From Sarea resinae (Eukaryota), in assembly GCA_026026165.1 (NCBI GenBank), contig JAPEUD010000038.1, positions 1 through 64,000 on the forward strand: a stretch of DNA of 64,000 nt, written 5' to 3'. The notes beneath the pieces are model-generated. The model worked only from the letters and a program-made list of their open reading frames with translations, was not told the DNA's origin and searched no databases. A program made the translations under genes and the position numbers. Positions 34,653 to 46,811 of the stretch are shown here, piece by piece; positions within the stretch are counted from its first letter, which is position 1, and the number at the start of each line of letters is the position of its first letter.

Positions 34653-35786
34653 ATGCGTTTCACCTCTCACTCGACGCTGCTTGCGCTCTCATCTCTATCT
34701 GTACTGACAGATGCGCTTCCGCTTTCCTCTCCTCGAGGTTCCAAGCCACAGCCGCCCCTGAGAAGGGCCGCGGCTTACTCAGTTGTCCCGGTAGATGGTG
34801 GATCATCGTCCCTTTCGCCAACCACGACGACCGAAATCCAAACTATCACCCAAAGTCCTAGCGCATCTTCGGACACGACTGACCTTGTGACGACTACGGA
34901 AATATACAGCACTCCTCAAACAGTGACTTCCACCGTCGTTTCCACTACGATTATCGACGGATCAACTTCCGAAACGCCCGTGGTAGTGACAATGACAGAC
35001 GATGGTGCAGTTGGCGCCGTACCGGCTAGTTCAGTTACGGTTGGAGCCCCCTCCGAGTCTGCAGAATTCCTGGAGCCGACGCCAACATTGAGTCTCGGTC
35101 CGGGACCTGTGGTAGTGCCATCCGTTTGGACCAACTCTACAACTGCGTCAGCCTACTTGACACTTCCGACGTCGACGACAGCCGAGTCATACGATAATGG
35201 CCAATGGCATACATATTATCCAGCGTGGAATGCATCAACGACCCCAGTTCCAACTACGTTCTTCCAGAAAAGAGCTGTCGAAGCGACCTCATCGGAAGAG
35301 TTTCCGACTCTTACTGCCATGACAGAAGTCAATTCGACAGAGGTTCCAAACGTCGTCCTGCCCGAAATTGCTGATGATAGTGTTCCTGATGCTGGCAAAG
35401 TCCGGCGCTTGGCTATTGCGCCATCTAGGACATCTGAGTCCTGGAATGGTACCGATGCATCTTTGCAAATTCGCGCTGTTGCGTCGGGAAAAGCAGTGGC
35501 TAGTGGTATTCGACGCAGAACGATTGGTTCCGATGTCGCTTCCGCCATACCAACGGGCTATGTTCGCAGAGCTATTGCCGCCGAGGGTGCCGTGCCATCA
35601 GGATATGTCCGCAGAGCTAGTACCCCCAAGCCTGCCATGGCATCGGGGTATGTCCGTAGAGTTATTTCTCCCGAGGACGCTCCATCACCCACCGGCTATC
35701 TTCATCAGCGAGCTGTGACAGGAGCATACGCAACACTGCCCACTGGTTTTTTCGCCAAAAGAAGTTGGAATGTTACTGGATACTGA
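34653..35786 (+). CDS. Secreted Ser/Thr-rich protein with C-terminal dibasic-terminated repeats (candidate Kex2-processed repeat protein)
   Basis: Signal peptide MRFTSHSTLLALSSLSVLTDA-LP, propeptide ending LRR, S/T-rich block, YDNGQWHTYYP motif, then repeated (P/A)(T/S)GYVRR units. Confidence 0.8.
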   Translation: MRFTSHSTLLALSSLSVLTDALPLSSPRGSKPQPPLRRAAAYSVVPVDGGSSSLSPTTTTEIQTITQSPSASSDTTDLVTTTEIYSTPQTVTSTVVSTTIIDGSTSETPVVVTMTDDGAVGAVPASSVTVGAPSESAEFLEPTPTLSLGPGPVVVPSVWTNSTTASAYLTLPTSTTAESYDNGQWHTYYPAWNASTTPVPTTFFQKRAVEATSSEEFPTLTAMTEVNSTEVPNVVLPEIADDSVPDAGKVRRLAIAPSRTSESWNGTDASLQIRAVASGKAVASGIRRRTIGSDVASAIPTGYVRRAIAAEGAVPSGYVRRASTPKPAMASGYVRRVISPEDAPSPTGYLHQRAVTGAYATLPTGFFAKRSWNVTGY

Positions 35787-36546
35787 CCTCGCCGGCTTGA
35801 GAGGCTGACCGATAATACGAAGACGCTGAATATTGAAAGACGACAGCACGACGACGATTCTTGGAGGAATATGAAATAGAATGATGGCGATGCATACGAG
35901 ACTACGGATGGCTTGGAATTTCTTCATGTATGGACAGGTTCAAATAAGCGGCATTGGGATTTGGGTCGGGGGCATAGACGGGATATTGCCTCAATCATGG
36001 ACTTGGCGTTACGGACGATTGATGATATCGTGGGATGGCATAATGGTCGTGTCGTATAAGATGATGATATAACAGCAGATGAAAATATATGATTCATGTT
36101 CAAAATATCAGTCTCTCTTTCTTTGGTATGATCGTGAGCTGCAACCCTTTGCTGGTAGGTCTGCTTTATCCACTGAGAATGCCATGGATGTGAAGATCTG
36201 TTCACGTCCTACGCTGTAATTTTCTTGTTGTTGTCTCGCGTGAGAAAGGGGCACCAAGGAGGTGGTTTGGTTGGCGCATTCGACCGCCGTATTATACTTC
36301 GTATGGACACAACAAGGCAGTACGGTACGGCATACTGGCAGTGAAGTGACAGCATTGCGTACTATCATGGATCATCCATCTACAGTCAAGCCCAGTCGGT
36401 CAGTGTAGAGACAACCCCGTGCCTTCGTTCGACAAAGCTTGTCCGCCCGATTGCTCTTCTTTCGATGTCCGACATCCATTGAGTTCTCTAACACCATCAG
36501 CTTTCTCTGCTTACACTGAAGTGCTTCGCTCAGCTCCGGAGCCACT

Positions 36547-39527
36547 ATGGCGACACCGCCAATAGCAGAAGACCAAGCTCGTCTGCTCGAAGATGCCTTG
36601 GCAGTCGTGCGGCAACAGACTCATCTGATGCGCAAATGCTTGGAGACCCCCGGGAAGCTTATGGATGCGCTGAAGTGCAGGTATGGGTGGCCTCACACGC
36701 TTCGACCCTGCCGTAGCATTCGTGGTGCTGTCGGACAATTGAGTGCGTTGCGATGCTGACCTTAACTCAGTTCAACTTTGGTATCAGAGCTTCGGACGAG
36801 CAGTTTAGGACCGAAGCAATACTACGAGCTTTACATGTCTGTCTTTGATGCCCTGCGGCACCTCTCCGTCTATCTTCGCGAGAGCCATCCTGTCAATCAC
36901 CTTGCCGATCTCTATGAGCTAGTCCAATATGCTGGAAACATCGTCCCCCGTCTCTATCTCATGATCACCGTCGGAACTGTTTATATGGCCATAGAGGACG
37001 CGCCCGTCAAAGAAATCATGAAAGACATGATGGAGATGAGCCGAGGAGTGCAACACCCGATTCGAGGCTTGTTCTTGCGATACTATTTATCAGGTCAGGC
37101 CCGGGATCATTTGCCAACAGGGAATGGGGATGGGCCCGAGGGAAACTTGCAGGACTCGATCAGCTTTATCCTGACAAACTTTGTCGAAATGAATAAATTA
37201 TGGGTGCGGCTGCAACATCAAGGCCATTCCAGGGAGAGAGAGCAGAGGACAAAGGAAAGACAGGAATTGCAATTACTTGTTGGCAGCAATCTTGTACGAT
37301 TGAGTCAGCTTGTCGACCTGGAGGCCTATAAGAATGTGATTCTTCAGCCTCTACTAGAGCAAGTTGTACAGTGCCGAGATGTGCTTGCTCAAGAGTACCT
37401 GCTTGAAGGTGGTCATTTCCCCGAACATTCAACGGGCACGCTGACATGCTCCTTTTAGTCATTACGCAAGTATTTCCTGATGAGTTTCACCTACACACTC
37501 TGGACCAATTTCTGTCCGCTACAGCGCGACTGAATCCTCATGTCAATGTCAAAGCCATCGTTATTGGACTCATGGACCGTCTATCAGCGTATGCCGCACG
37601 AGAGTCAGAGTCAGCATCCCGAGAAGAGAAAATCAGCTTAGAAGAAGAGGCTACTGCAAAATTGTTGGAGAAATTGAAGATTTCGAAAGAATCCAAGATG
37701 CCAGCTTCGAAAGCCGACGAGCCTGTTGGAGATTCAACCGAGGGCTCTAAAATCAATGGCGAAGCAGCAGCCACAGAGGAAGTGTCCGAGGAAAATTCGG
37801 ATGAAGCTCCGACGAATGCTGAAGTTCCACCAACTAATGGAGATTCTGGACCGAAGAAGAGTTACGGTATCCCAGAGAATGTGAAACTCTACGAGATCTT
37901 CTACGAGCAAGTACTCAACCTCATTAGCGCGCAGCGCCTCCAGATTCAGGATATCACGGCTCTGCTTGTCTCACTGGTGAATCTGGCATTGTGAGTATTG
38001 GCTTATTTCGGGGGTTGGATGGACGTCCACTAAGTGTGACAGGAATATCTATCCCGAGCGACTCGAATACGTCGACCAGGTCATATCCTATGCCAAGGAA
38101 CAGATCGCCATACATGCAAACAGTCCCGATCTTCACTCTCCCCCATCGCAGACCAACATCCTCAACCTTCTCTTAGCTCCGATCAAATCATACTTTTCTC
38201 TGTTCACCGCCTTGGCACTTCCTAATTACATCCCTCTACTTCAATCTCAGACATATCCGATCCGACGAGCTGTAGCCGCAGAGGTGTCGCGAAGTATCCT
38301 GAGAAATCAAACTAAGATTTCCAGCGCCGAAAATCTTGAAGGTCTGTTAGAGATACTGAAAGTACTGGTCAAAGAGGGTATGCAGCAGTCGGCAGGATAT
38401 CCTGGTGTTCAGTCTCAAAGAAGGGGTGTCGAGACGGACGAGTCCCTCGAAGAACAGGGCTGGCTACCTCGAATCACGCATCTCATCCAGGGCCCGGACA
38501 ATGACACCCAGTTCAAAGTTAGTGGCCCAGCCCTTGTGCTGAAATGCTTGCTAACAACGAATATCAGCTCCTCCAAATCACGCGTAAAGCTTTCGCCGAG
38601 GGCAATGAGCGTATCAAGTTTACTACCCCTGCTCTCATTACCGCCTCCATCAAGCTAGCTCGCCGCTATAAGACTCGAGAGCATTATGACGATAATTGGT
38701 CATCTCAATCTTCAGCCCTATACAAGTTCATGCATACCTCCCTTTCTGCACTCTATACCAGGGTCAATGGTGCTGCAGATCTATGTCTTCGGCTTTTCAT
38801 CGCATGTGGTCAAGTCGCTGACCAGACAGGATTCGAAGAAGTCAGCTATGAATTTTTTGCACAAGCCTTCACTATCTACGAGGAAGCCATCAGTGATTCA
38901 CGGGCGCAATTCCAGGCTGTCTGTGTCATTGCTGGGGCTTTACACGGGACGAGAGGTTTCAGCAAAGAGAATTACGATACATTAATCACCAAATGTGCTC
39001 TACATGGCAGTAAGCTGCTCAAGAAGCCCGATCAATGTCGGGCGGTGTATCTAGCAAGCCACTTGTGGTGGGCAATGGAGATCCCGGCAAGGGGCGAAGA
39101 AGATTCGAAAAACGTAAGTCACCCGATACGACCAAAGAAGTTATCTACTAAATAATCGAGCAGCTTTATCGTGACGGCAAACGGGTGCTGGAGTGCCTTC
39201 AGCGGGCTCTCCGAGTAGCGGATGCTTGCATGGACACTGCCGTCTCAGTCGAGTTGTTTGTCGAAATTTTGAACCGATACGTGTACTACTTTGATCAGCA
39301 GAATGAAGCGGTAAGTTAGACGAAAATTCCGCCGCTCAAGCAATTGTCCTAATGATTGTCCTTAGGTGACGACAAAGTATCTGAACGGTTTGATCGAGCT
39401 CATCCATTCGAATCTGCAAACGAATCAAGATACCGCTTCGCTTGACAATCCGAAGAGGCATTTCCAGAGGACGTTGGAGTATATCTCGTCAAGGGAGTAT
39501 GAGGGCGTTGTCACTTTGCCAAAGTGA
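36547..39527 (+). CDS. vps35: Retromer subunit Vps35, multi-exon
   Basis: [68 protein letters not shown] and [13 protein letters not shown]. Stop TGA at 39525-39527. Confidence 0.96.
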
Positions 39528-39841
39528 AGGAGGAGGCTTTCTATTATTGGTTTCAGACTTACAGTCGAGGGAGGACGAATTGCAAAGTCCGAGTCCCTGC
39601 AAATATGAGCGCTTTGTACATCAGATCAGTGTTACCTACCTTAGCCGTCGCATTCTCGCTTGATTTTCGTTGCTAGCCAGGTGGATGAGAATAATTGTGA
39701 GTAGGATCGTTTCTAGATGTGATACCATGTTGAATAGCCCAGTGTCTGCCCAGAGTAAGCCTGGATTCCTCTATATGGCCACGGTCTATCGAGTATTCTA
39801 AAATGACTAATGCGGTCAAGTTGACATTTCAAAAGCGAATT

Positions 39842-40835
39842 CTAGACTGTCTGTAGAAATCGAACCACTCTCGAGATGAGGTCTGCGACGACCTTTTCGG
39901 GACTGCCGATCAGATTATGAGCAGCGCCTTCAACGACACCCGAGTTTTGATCATCAGCGACCCCTCCTCCCTCCTTGATGATACCGAGCCACTTCTTCAC
40001 GAGTTTGGCCTTATCAAAGAACTTTGGCGCAAACTCGTCATTTCCAGAATATATGATGCACATTGGCGTTGTCTTCGGCAGTTTCCCAAACGTGCCCTGC
40101 AATTTCTCCAATGACAGATCCGAGCTGAAGAAGTCGTCATCCCCATCATGATCCGGACTTGCCAGACTCAACCACCGTCGAGCAGAAACAGCAGAGCCAA
40201 AGAATGATGCCGTCACTTCCCCCGGCATGATATCCTCCCCTTTTCCGTCGTCGACATAGTGTTTCGCAATGGCGCAACTGCGCTCATATACCCCTGGCGG
40301 GAGAGCTTCCACCATGGCCTCGCGATCACTGACGGGAGCCTGTATGATTGCGCCGTTTATAGTCTCTCGCTTCTCATGGCCAGGGCCAACCAAATATTCC
40401 ATCACATCCTGACATCCCGTCGAGTGACCCATCAGGACGATCCTTCCCCCTGGACGGAGGCTCTTGAAGTACGCGACGCATTCGGCGATTTGGGAAGCGT
40501 CTTTGGCAAGAGAGGAGACACCCCAGCCGGCATATGAGGAAGAGAATAGAATTTCGACGAGCGAATAAGAGGCTGGAAGGATGTGGGCGAGACTCGTGGC
40601 ATAGGGCACGGTGAGGAGGCCATCGAATAGACCGCCGATGAAGATGAGGGTATTGTTCGGGGGTACAGGGGCCGTGGGGGAGGCGTGTTCAAATGCTACA
40701 AGACCCTTGGACTGCGAGAAAGTTGGCATTAGCTTTGTTGACTCTAGAGTGGGAGATCGAGTTCTCTTTCATAGCAACAATCGCGCCTACATAATTGTGC
40801 AGCACGCCAGGGCGAGCGGCTGGGGTGAAAGACAT
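39842..40835 (-). CDS. DUF1749-family alpha/beta hydrolase, 2 exons (40791-40835, 39842-40711)
   Basis: PGVLHNY|SKGLVAFEH, LIFIGGLFDGL, MGHSTGCQD, QAPVSDRE, DDDFFSSDL and GAAH. Confidence 0.88.
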
Positions 40836-41179
40836 GTTCGAAGCAGAAGACAAGCTCGCAGAAGTAGACATGGGCGAAGCAGTAGAGGAAATGCTGAGGA
40901 TTGATTTCCCCTTCAGAGGTTGCTCAACTCTTGTAAAGAGGTATGCAGAGTGATAGAAACAAAGCAATCAAGCAATGGAGCTCGTAGGGAGGTCCTACTT
41001 TATGCTCTGGCATGGCTATGGTGTGAGGTGGTGGGGCTTCCCCAGTATTTGGACTCACCGCCCGGCAGAATATCATCGACGTCGGCCGATCGAGTCCAAA
41101 GTTGACATCAACATCAACATCAACACCAACAACGTCGTCAGCGTCCGTTACGTTTGATATTGTATGAGAAGCCAGCAAT

Positions 41180-42998
41180 ATGGCCTCCTCACAGCGTAAT
41201 AGTGCCCCTGTTTCGAGAGGCCATAACAGACAGATCTCCGAGGATCGCAGACGTGGTGAGTCGTGTCTTCATGGATATCATGAGATAGAGCTCTCAATTT
41301 CATCCATTCTACAGCTATATTCAATTACTGACTATCACAGTAACACCTCGACGCATGACTAAAGGGCCCTTGGATGCTCCAGAGCCAGTTATCCGCGCTC
41401 CTGGTCTCCTTATACATGCTGACAACCGTGTCCATACAGCCCCTTAGCAGAATCTACGACCCTCTCCTCAAGAACTCCAACACGATCTCCCAACCCCGGC
41501 CAGCCAACCCGTACACCCTCGTTAACAGCCCCACCCAAAGATTTTGCTTTCCTGCTCCGTCCCGAGATATACCATCCACTAAATCAACTCGTACTCGCCC
41601 CTTTCTTCTTGCTCCTTCACACAACCTAGTGCTAACGTGTGGCTCCTTGCGAATAAGGACATACCACCATCCTTCCGCGCCTCCTCCCACCAGCCAGCCA
41701 GCTCAACTCCTCTCCCTACCCTTCTCCGCCAGGGCCACTTCCGCGCGGCTGCCATCACCGCTGCCCAAACCCTCACAACTACTACCGCTCCGTCCGATAC
41801 CCCCGCAATATTCTCCCTCTTCTACACGCGGCTAGCCACACTCACCCTGATTGACTCCACCGTCCTCGCTGCACAGGAAGTCAAAGCTCTCGAAGATCTC
41901 TCCAGCTCGTACTACCGCGATCCGCTCACCCACGCCCATCTCGTGCCATGGGAGCTCCGCGTGCTCGCTGTGCGCCTCCAGGGCATCGGTTTCGGCGACT
42001 GGAGACGCGGAGTCATGGGATATTACGAGCTTGCGCGCGAAGCCCGTGCCGAAGCCGCGAAGGCGAGAGTAATAAAAAACATGGACGAATACGTGATGTG
42101 GGAGGCTCGGCTCGAGGATCTAGGTTTGCGAGTTGTCAATGCGCTAGTCGAGATGGGCGATCTCGAGAGTGCGAGATTGCATTTGGAGAGTTTGGATCCC
42201 GGGAAGCGGCGGCAGGGACGGGCGGACAGCGCAGACGAGACAGCAACATATAAAGCCCGTCTCGCACTCTTATATCTGCAGATGGGCGACGTAGGAGCTG
42301 CGAGTCGATTATTTCCTGAAGAGTCCGATGAAGCTGCTGCTTCCGAAGCGGAAGAGGTTATAGATAGACATACACCTACGTACGCAGCAACGACCGCACT
42401 CACGATCCGCGCCCTCTGCACCACAGCCTCGGGCGACTACCCAGCCGCCACCGTTCAATGGAAACGTCTCATCGCGTTGCACACCCAGAACCAAAACGAA
42501 AGCATAGATCAGCGGCAGCATCACAACCCCAACCTCGACCTGCCGACCATAAATATAGCCCTCTCTCACCTCTATTCGGGCCATCTGCCTCTAGCACGCG
42601 AGACGCTGGAGTCTCTCCTACCTTCCCTCGCCCCATCTTCTCTCTCGTCACCAAATACCAACACTACCTCTCCCGCCCCTAGCGATAACCCTCTGGCCGA
42701 AATCCAGAGCGAGTCCCAAGCCAACGCCGCCACCGCCACTACCGCACCGCCCGAATCAGAAGAGACGAGTAGGCCCAAAGCGGACGTAGCAGCACCACCG
42801 CCCTTCCACGCCCTCCTCTTCAACCTAGCCACCATCTACGAGCTCTGCACGGAGCGGTCCCGAAATCTCAAAGAAAGATTAGCTGAGAACATTGCTTCGG
42901 TGCCCCCTGTGGCCCTCGGCGCGGCCGGTGACGGCAAGGAGGATGGCGTGGGAGGCGGTTTGGCGTGGGAAAAGAGGAACGCCGACTTTAAGTTGTAA
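41180..42998 (+). CDS. TPR-like protein resembling TRAPP subunit 12; small 5' exons approximate
   Basis: DIPPSFR, GHFRAAA, LFYTRLATLTL, AAQEVKALEDL, HLVPWELRVLAVRLQ, LLFNLATIYELCTERS and C-terminal DFKL. Confidence 0.7.
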
Positions 42999-43296
42999 TG
43001 GTCTTATCATTCTCCTACTTCGAATCGATGCGGGCTGGAGCTGGGCCTGGGCTTGAAATTCGACTGAGTTCATTCATTGTCATGCGCCAGTCAGTATGTG
43101 TGCGTGCGTGGTCAATGACTTCCTACGATGCGGATCCGGGGAAGCAAACAAGGGGTGTTCGGTATCTGCATCTGCGTGTCTATAGCATTCTGTTCTCCAC
43201 CCCCGCCCCGCCCCTCCCCCTCTTCTTCCCTCTACCTTTCCTCTTTCCTCCAGCCGTGGTGAGCAGCCATCAAGGGTATACTGAGATTAGACGAAA

Positions 43297-43528
43297 ACCA
43301 ATCAATCAATCAACCAATCCCTCCCTCCCTCCCTCCCTCCCTCCACCACTACCTACTATAAATACATACATACACACATACACACATACACACAAACAAA
43401 TAAGCACACAAGCAAGCAAACAAGCAAGCAAGTAAGCACGCAAAAAGAAATCACAGTATCCATAGACCCACCCACCCACCCGTCCTCCTCAATCTCCCGC
43501 GTTCAGACTATCTATCTATCTATCTATC
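43297..43528. repeat. Compound microsatellite tract: (CAAT), (CCCT), (TACA/CA), (CAAG), (CCAC), (CTAT)
   Basis: Directly visible consecutive short tandem arrays. Confidence 0.85.
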
Positions 43529-43688
43529 GGGTTCTCACAGGGAAACTACGTGTCTGGGAAAGGAAAGGATTTTCTTTCTTGAGACGCCGTGTCTTTGCCA
43601 CGTCTTGCGGACTCGGGGGGGACCTTGATATGTATCTATCTTGTTTTTGGGGGGGGGGTAGGATCCTTCTTTTCACTTATTTCAGATT

Positions 43689-43722
43689 CGACTGGACCAG
43701 ACCAGACCAGACCAGACCAGAC
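43689..43722. repeat. (GACCA)n pentanucleotide repeat
   Basis: gactggaccagaccagaccagaccagaccagac. Confidence 0.85.
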
Positions 43723-44418
43723 GGGGAATCGAGCCTAGAGTCCGCTTGCATTCGCATTTGCATTTGCATCTCACTACTGACACTCACACAAGAAAGCGTG
43801 CACGTAGCCCACAGCTCAGCCGATGAGCAAGTTACGAGGACGAGCACGAGAACGACGAGAAACGAGGACGAGGGCAAAGATGATATTAGCTACGTACGGT
43901 ACACGAGTCATCTCGACCTCAAGCAAGCAAGCAAGCGAACAAGCGAGCCCGGTTTCATTTCAGGGACAACAAGGAGCTTAGAGAAAGCGAAGGAGAGGAA
44001 AGGAAGAAAAGGAAAAAAGAGGTTTCGCTGTCATATCTTTCATTCATTATCATGGCGGATGCGGAAGGACCGAGACAGAGGGAAGGAGAAAGAGGAGAGA
44101 CGCGGGGAGAGTGAGAGCACATCGTGGACGGTATTGTTGGAGAGAAGAGGCACAGTGGAACCCCGGGAGAAGAAAGCCAAACAAAGAAAAAAGAGCAACG
44201 GAAAGGTGGACAGCAAAAAGCGGTATTATTTCCCATCGATTTCGCCCCTTTCCAAACAGCAACCTCGCTTGTGACTCCGTATCCAGTGCAGTCCTTGGTG
44301 CTCCAGAACCCCATATCCATTCCCTACCCGTTCCATTGCAGATGGTCTAAGAGGCACGAGAGCTCAAGAAGAGATGACCCGCTGGCGCGCTCGAGTAGAC
44401 GACGATGATGACGCTGTC

Positions 44419-45885
44419 TCAAAGACCAGTCTTCCTAGCCTTCTTCGCTGCACCACCGACCCCACTCATGGACCCGGCGCGCTTCTTGCCCTTGACAAAA
44501 CTGCCACGACTACCCTTGGTCTTTTCCGGCGACGAATTCTGACTCGAGGAGCTGGCCGCTGATTTCGTGCGTTTAAACTCATCGAAGGGAGAGTGGACCC
44601 TCGCGATGGAGCTAGCTTCCTCATGACGAATCCTCTCTTCGTGCGTCTGCACGTGTGGAAGTGAAGCGGGCGTGTAGAATTCATCCGCAGAGTCGTGGGA
44701 CGGATGGCGGTCATCGTGGATGTCTTTGGACGGGTCCGAGATGTGCTTGCGGGTTTGGCGAGGAGTGGCCGCAAACTCATCCATTTCGTCGCCATTGGCC
44801 ATGCTGGAATCGGCTTGGGCACGTTCACGGCGTTGCGCTTCGTTGGGGAACAGGAGGCGAGGTTGGACGGACTTGCGGGAGATTTCACGGGGTACACCGC
44901 GTCGGATGTCGCCGTCGTTCAAGATATTCAACTCGTCCATTGAGCCGTTCCCATCAGATTCGGAGCCCTCGTCATTGAATCGGCGGAAAACCTTGTTGCC
45001 ACGGCTAGAGGAGATACTTAATTTTGAATTAGAAGTGAGCGAGGAGTGATTCACTTACAATGTGTAGAACATGCCAATGTCCTTCTCAACGGCGTAATTG
45101 ATCCTGGCGCTCTCATAGGTCTTGTTTTTGGTTTTGTTCACAGCCTCAATGGCCTCCTTTGCCTGACGTTCCTTCCGATCAGGTGCGACGTAGAATGGAT
45201 TGTCCTCACTGGTGTCGAGTTCGGGAACCCGATCTTTCGAATCCGTGAATATCTCAATGTCCTCATCCTCCTCCTCATCTTCACCAATCATCGAGTAGAT
45301 AGCATACTTCTTGCTGCGCTTTGCTTTCTTCGGAGCCGGCATCAATTCATCAACACTGTCTAGATGCGATGAGAAAAGGACCCGCGAGGTCGCGCCCAGA
45401 CCCCCGGAAGGAACATAGCGCTTGCTCTTGGGCGTCTTGGCCGGTGTTGGTAGTACGGCTTTCTTTGCCATTGTTGAGTCCGGTCCGGAGTTGAAATCGC
45501 TGTCGTCGGAAGACATGCTGAAGGAAGGCGGATTGACAAAGTTGGAGTGAATATCTCTCACTTCCGACTCAAATTCAGGACTGCCGGTCCTCGTAATCTT
45601 GGTCAAACGCTTCTTCGGAGACGAATGCGCGGAGGGTGGAGGTGAGAAAGTCAGAGCTGAAGCGCGCGTGAAGTTTGTCTTGCAGGACTTGGAGCGTTTG
45701 CGTAGTGAGAGTTCGAGTGTGGAATTGGCGCTGGACGGTGAAGATGGTAGAGGTGGAGTTTGATGAGCGCGAAGATCGTAACGAGTTTGAGTTGAGTTAC
45801 GCGTGGGCGAGGGGTCAAATCTAGCGCCGAACCGTGGAGCGGATGGAGTGCACACCGAGGTGCGCGGTGGAGGAGTGGTTGCCAT
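44419..45885 (-). CDS. Rum1/Sic1-like CDK inhibitor candidate, 2 exons (45059-45885, 44419-45004), 470 aa
   Basis: Intron 45005-45058 (GTAAGT...CTAAT...TAG) joins GMFYT-F-RGNKVFRRF. Motifs TPPP..CTPS, LPTPAKTPK, DNPF, YxFRGxK and QPRLLF are collinear with S. pombe Rum1 as I recall it. Confidence 0.7.
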
Positions 45886-46653
45886 TTGTGGCAGTCACGA
45901 TCGTCTTGCGACCAGATGAACTCAAAACAAGCCTCGCTCTCGAGGAAGGAAGCCGTCTGAGTGGAATTGAAGGAATAAGAAGGCGCGATGCTGATGCTCT
46001 CGAGAGAGAAGGGACGGATGAAGGGCGTTGTGGACTCGACGGCCGGCGAAAGCTTGATCGACGTATTGATGATGGATTGAGTAGGTGAGTAGGTGATGAT
46101 GTGGAGGTTGGAGTCGAAAAGAAGAAGAAGAACAAGAAGATGAAGAAGAGCAAGAGCGATTGACAACCCGGTGAGCGATGATGCGATGGCGATGGCGATG
46201 TTCGTCGAGCAAGTGAGGTGGTGCGAGTGCGAGTGCGAGTGCGAGAGCGAGACGATGATGTTCACGATAATAATTATGGTGGTGGTGCACGAGGAATGGG
46301 GACGACTTGATGATGATGGGGGTCACGACAGTTCAGCAATCATGGATGGTACAGAGAGCACGGCACGACAGGGCACGGAACAAGTCACTCTGCACACAAA
46401 GGACGGCCACAGGGTACTTCCACGAGCCCCGTCCATGTCAATTCCGGTGGCTGGATCAATGTCAACAAAGAGCTGGAGGGCGAGGGCGAGGGCGAGGGCT
46501 CGTCGGAAGCGAATGGATGGCAGCCAAAGGTACGAAGAAAGAGGTACATGGTACACATGCCAGACACTCCTGCCACACCGGTCACACCGCGCGTAAAGTG
46601 CCTCTCAATGGGGAAAGAGGGTCCAGAGGGTCTAATCCATCAACAACACGTCC

Positions 46654-46776
46654 CACCACCACCATCACCACCATCACCACCACTGTAAGAGCCTCCTCCC
46701 CCTCCCCCTCTTCCTCCTCCCCATCATCATCACTATCATCACCATCATCACCATCACCGCCACCATCATCACCATC
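46654..46776. repeat. (CAC/CAT)n and (CCT)n microsatellite in the duo1 leader
   Basis: caccaccaccatcaccaccatcaccaccac...catcatcatcactatcatcaccatcatcaccatcacc. Confidence 0.8.
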
Positions 46777-46811
46777 CTTGTCGGACCACAACCACAGGCA
46801 CCAACCAAGCA

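Noticed and set aside
43579..44274. 231-aa plus-strand ORF
   Set aside because: TTG start, composed of translated microsatellites and purine runs; likely the antisense of a 3' UTR.
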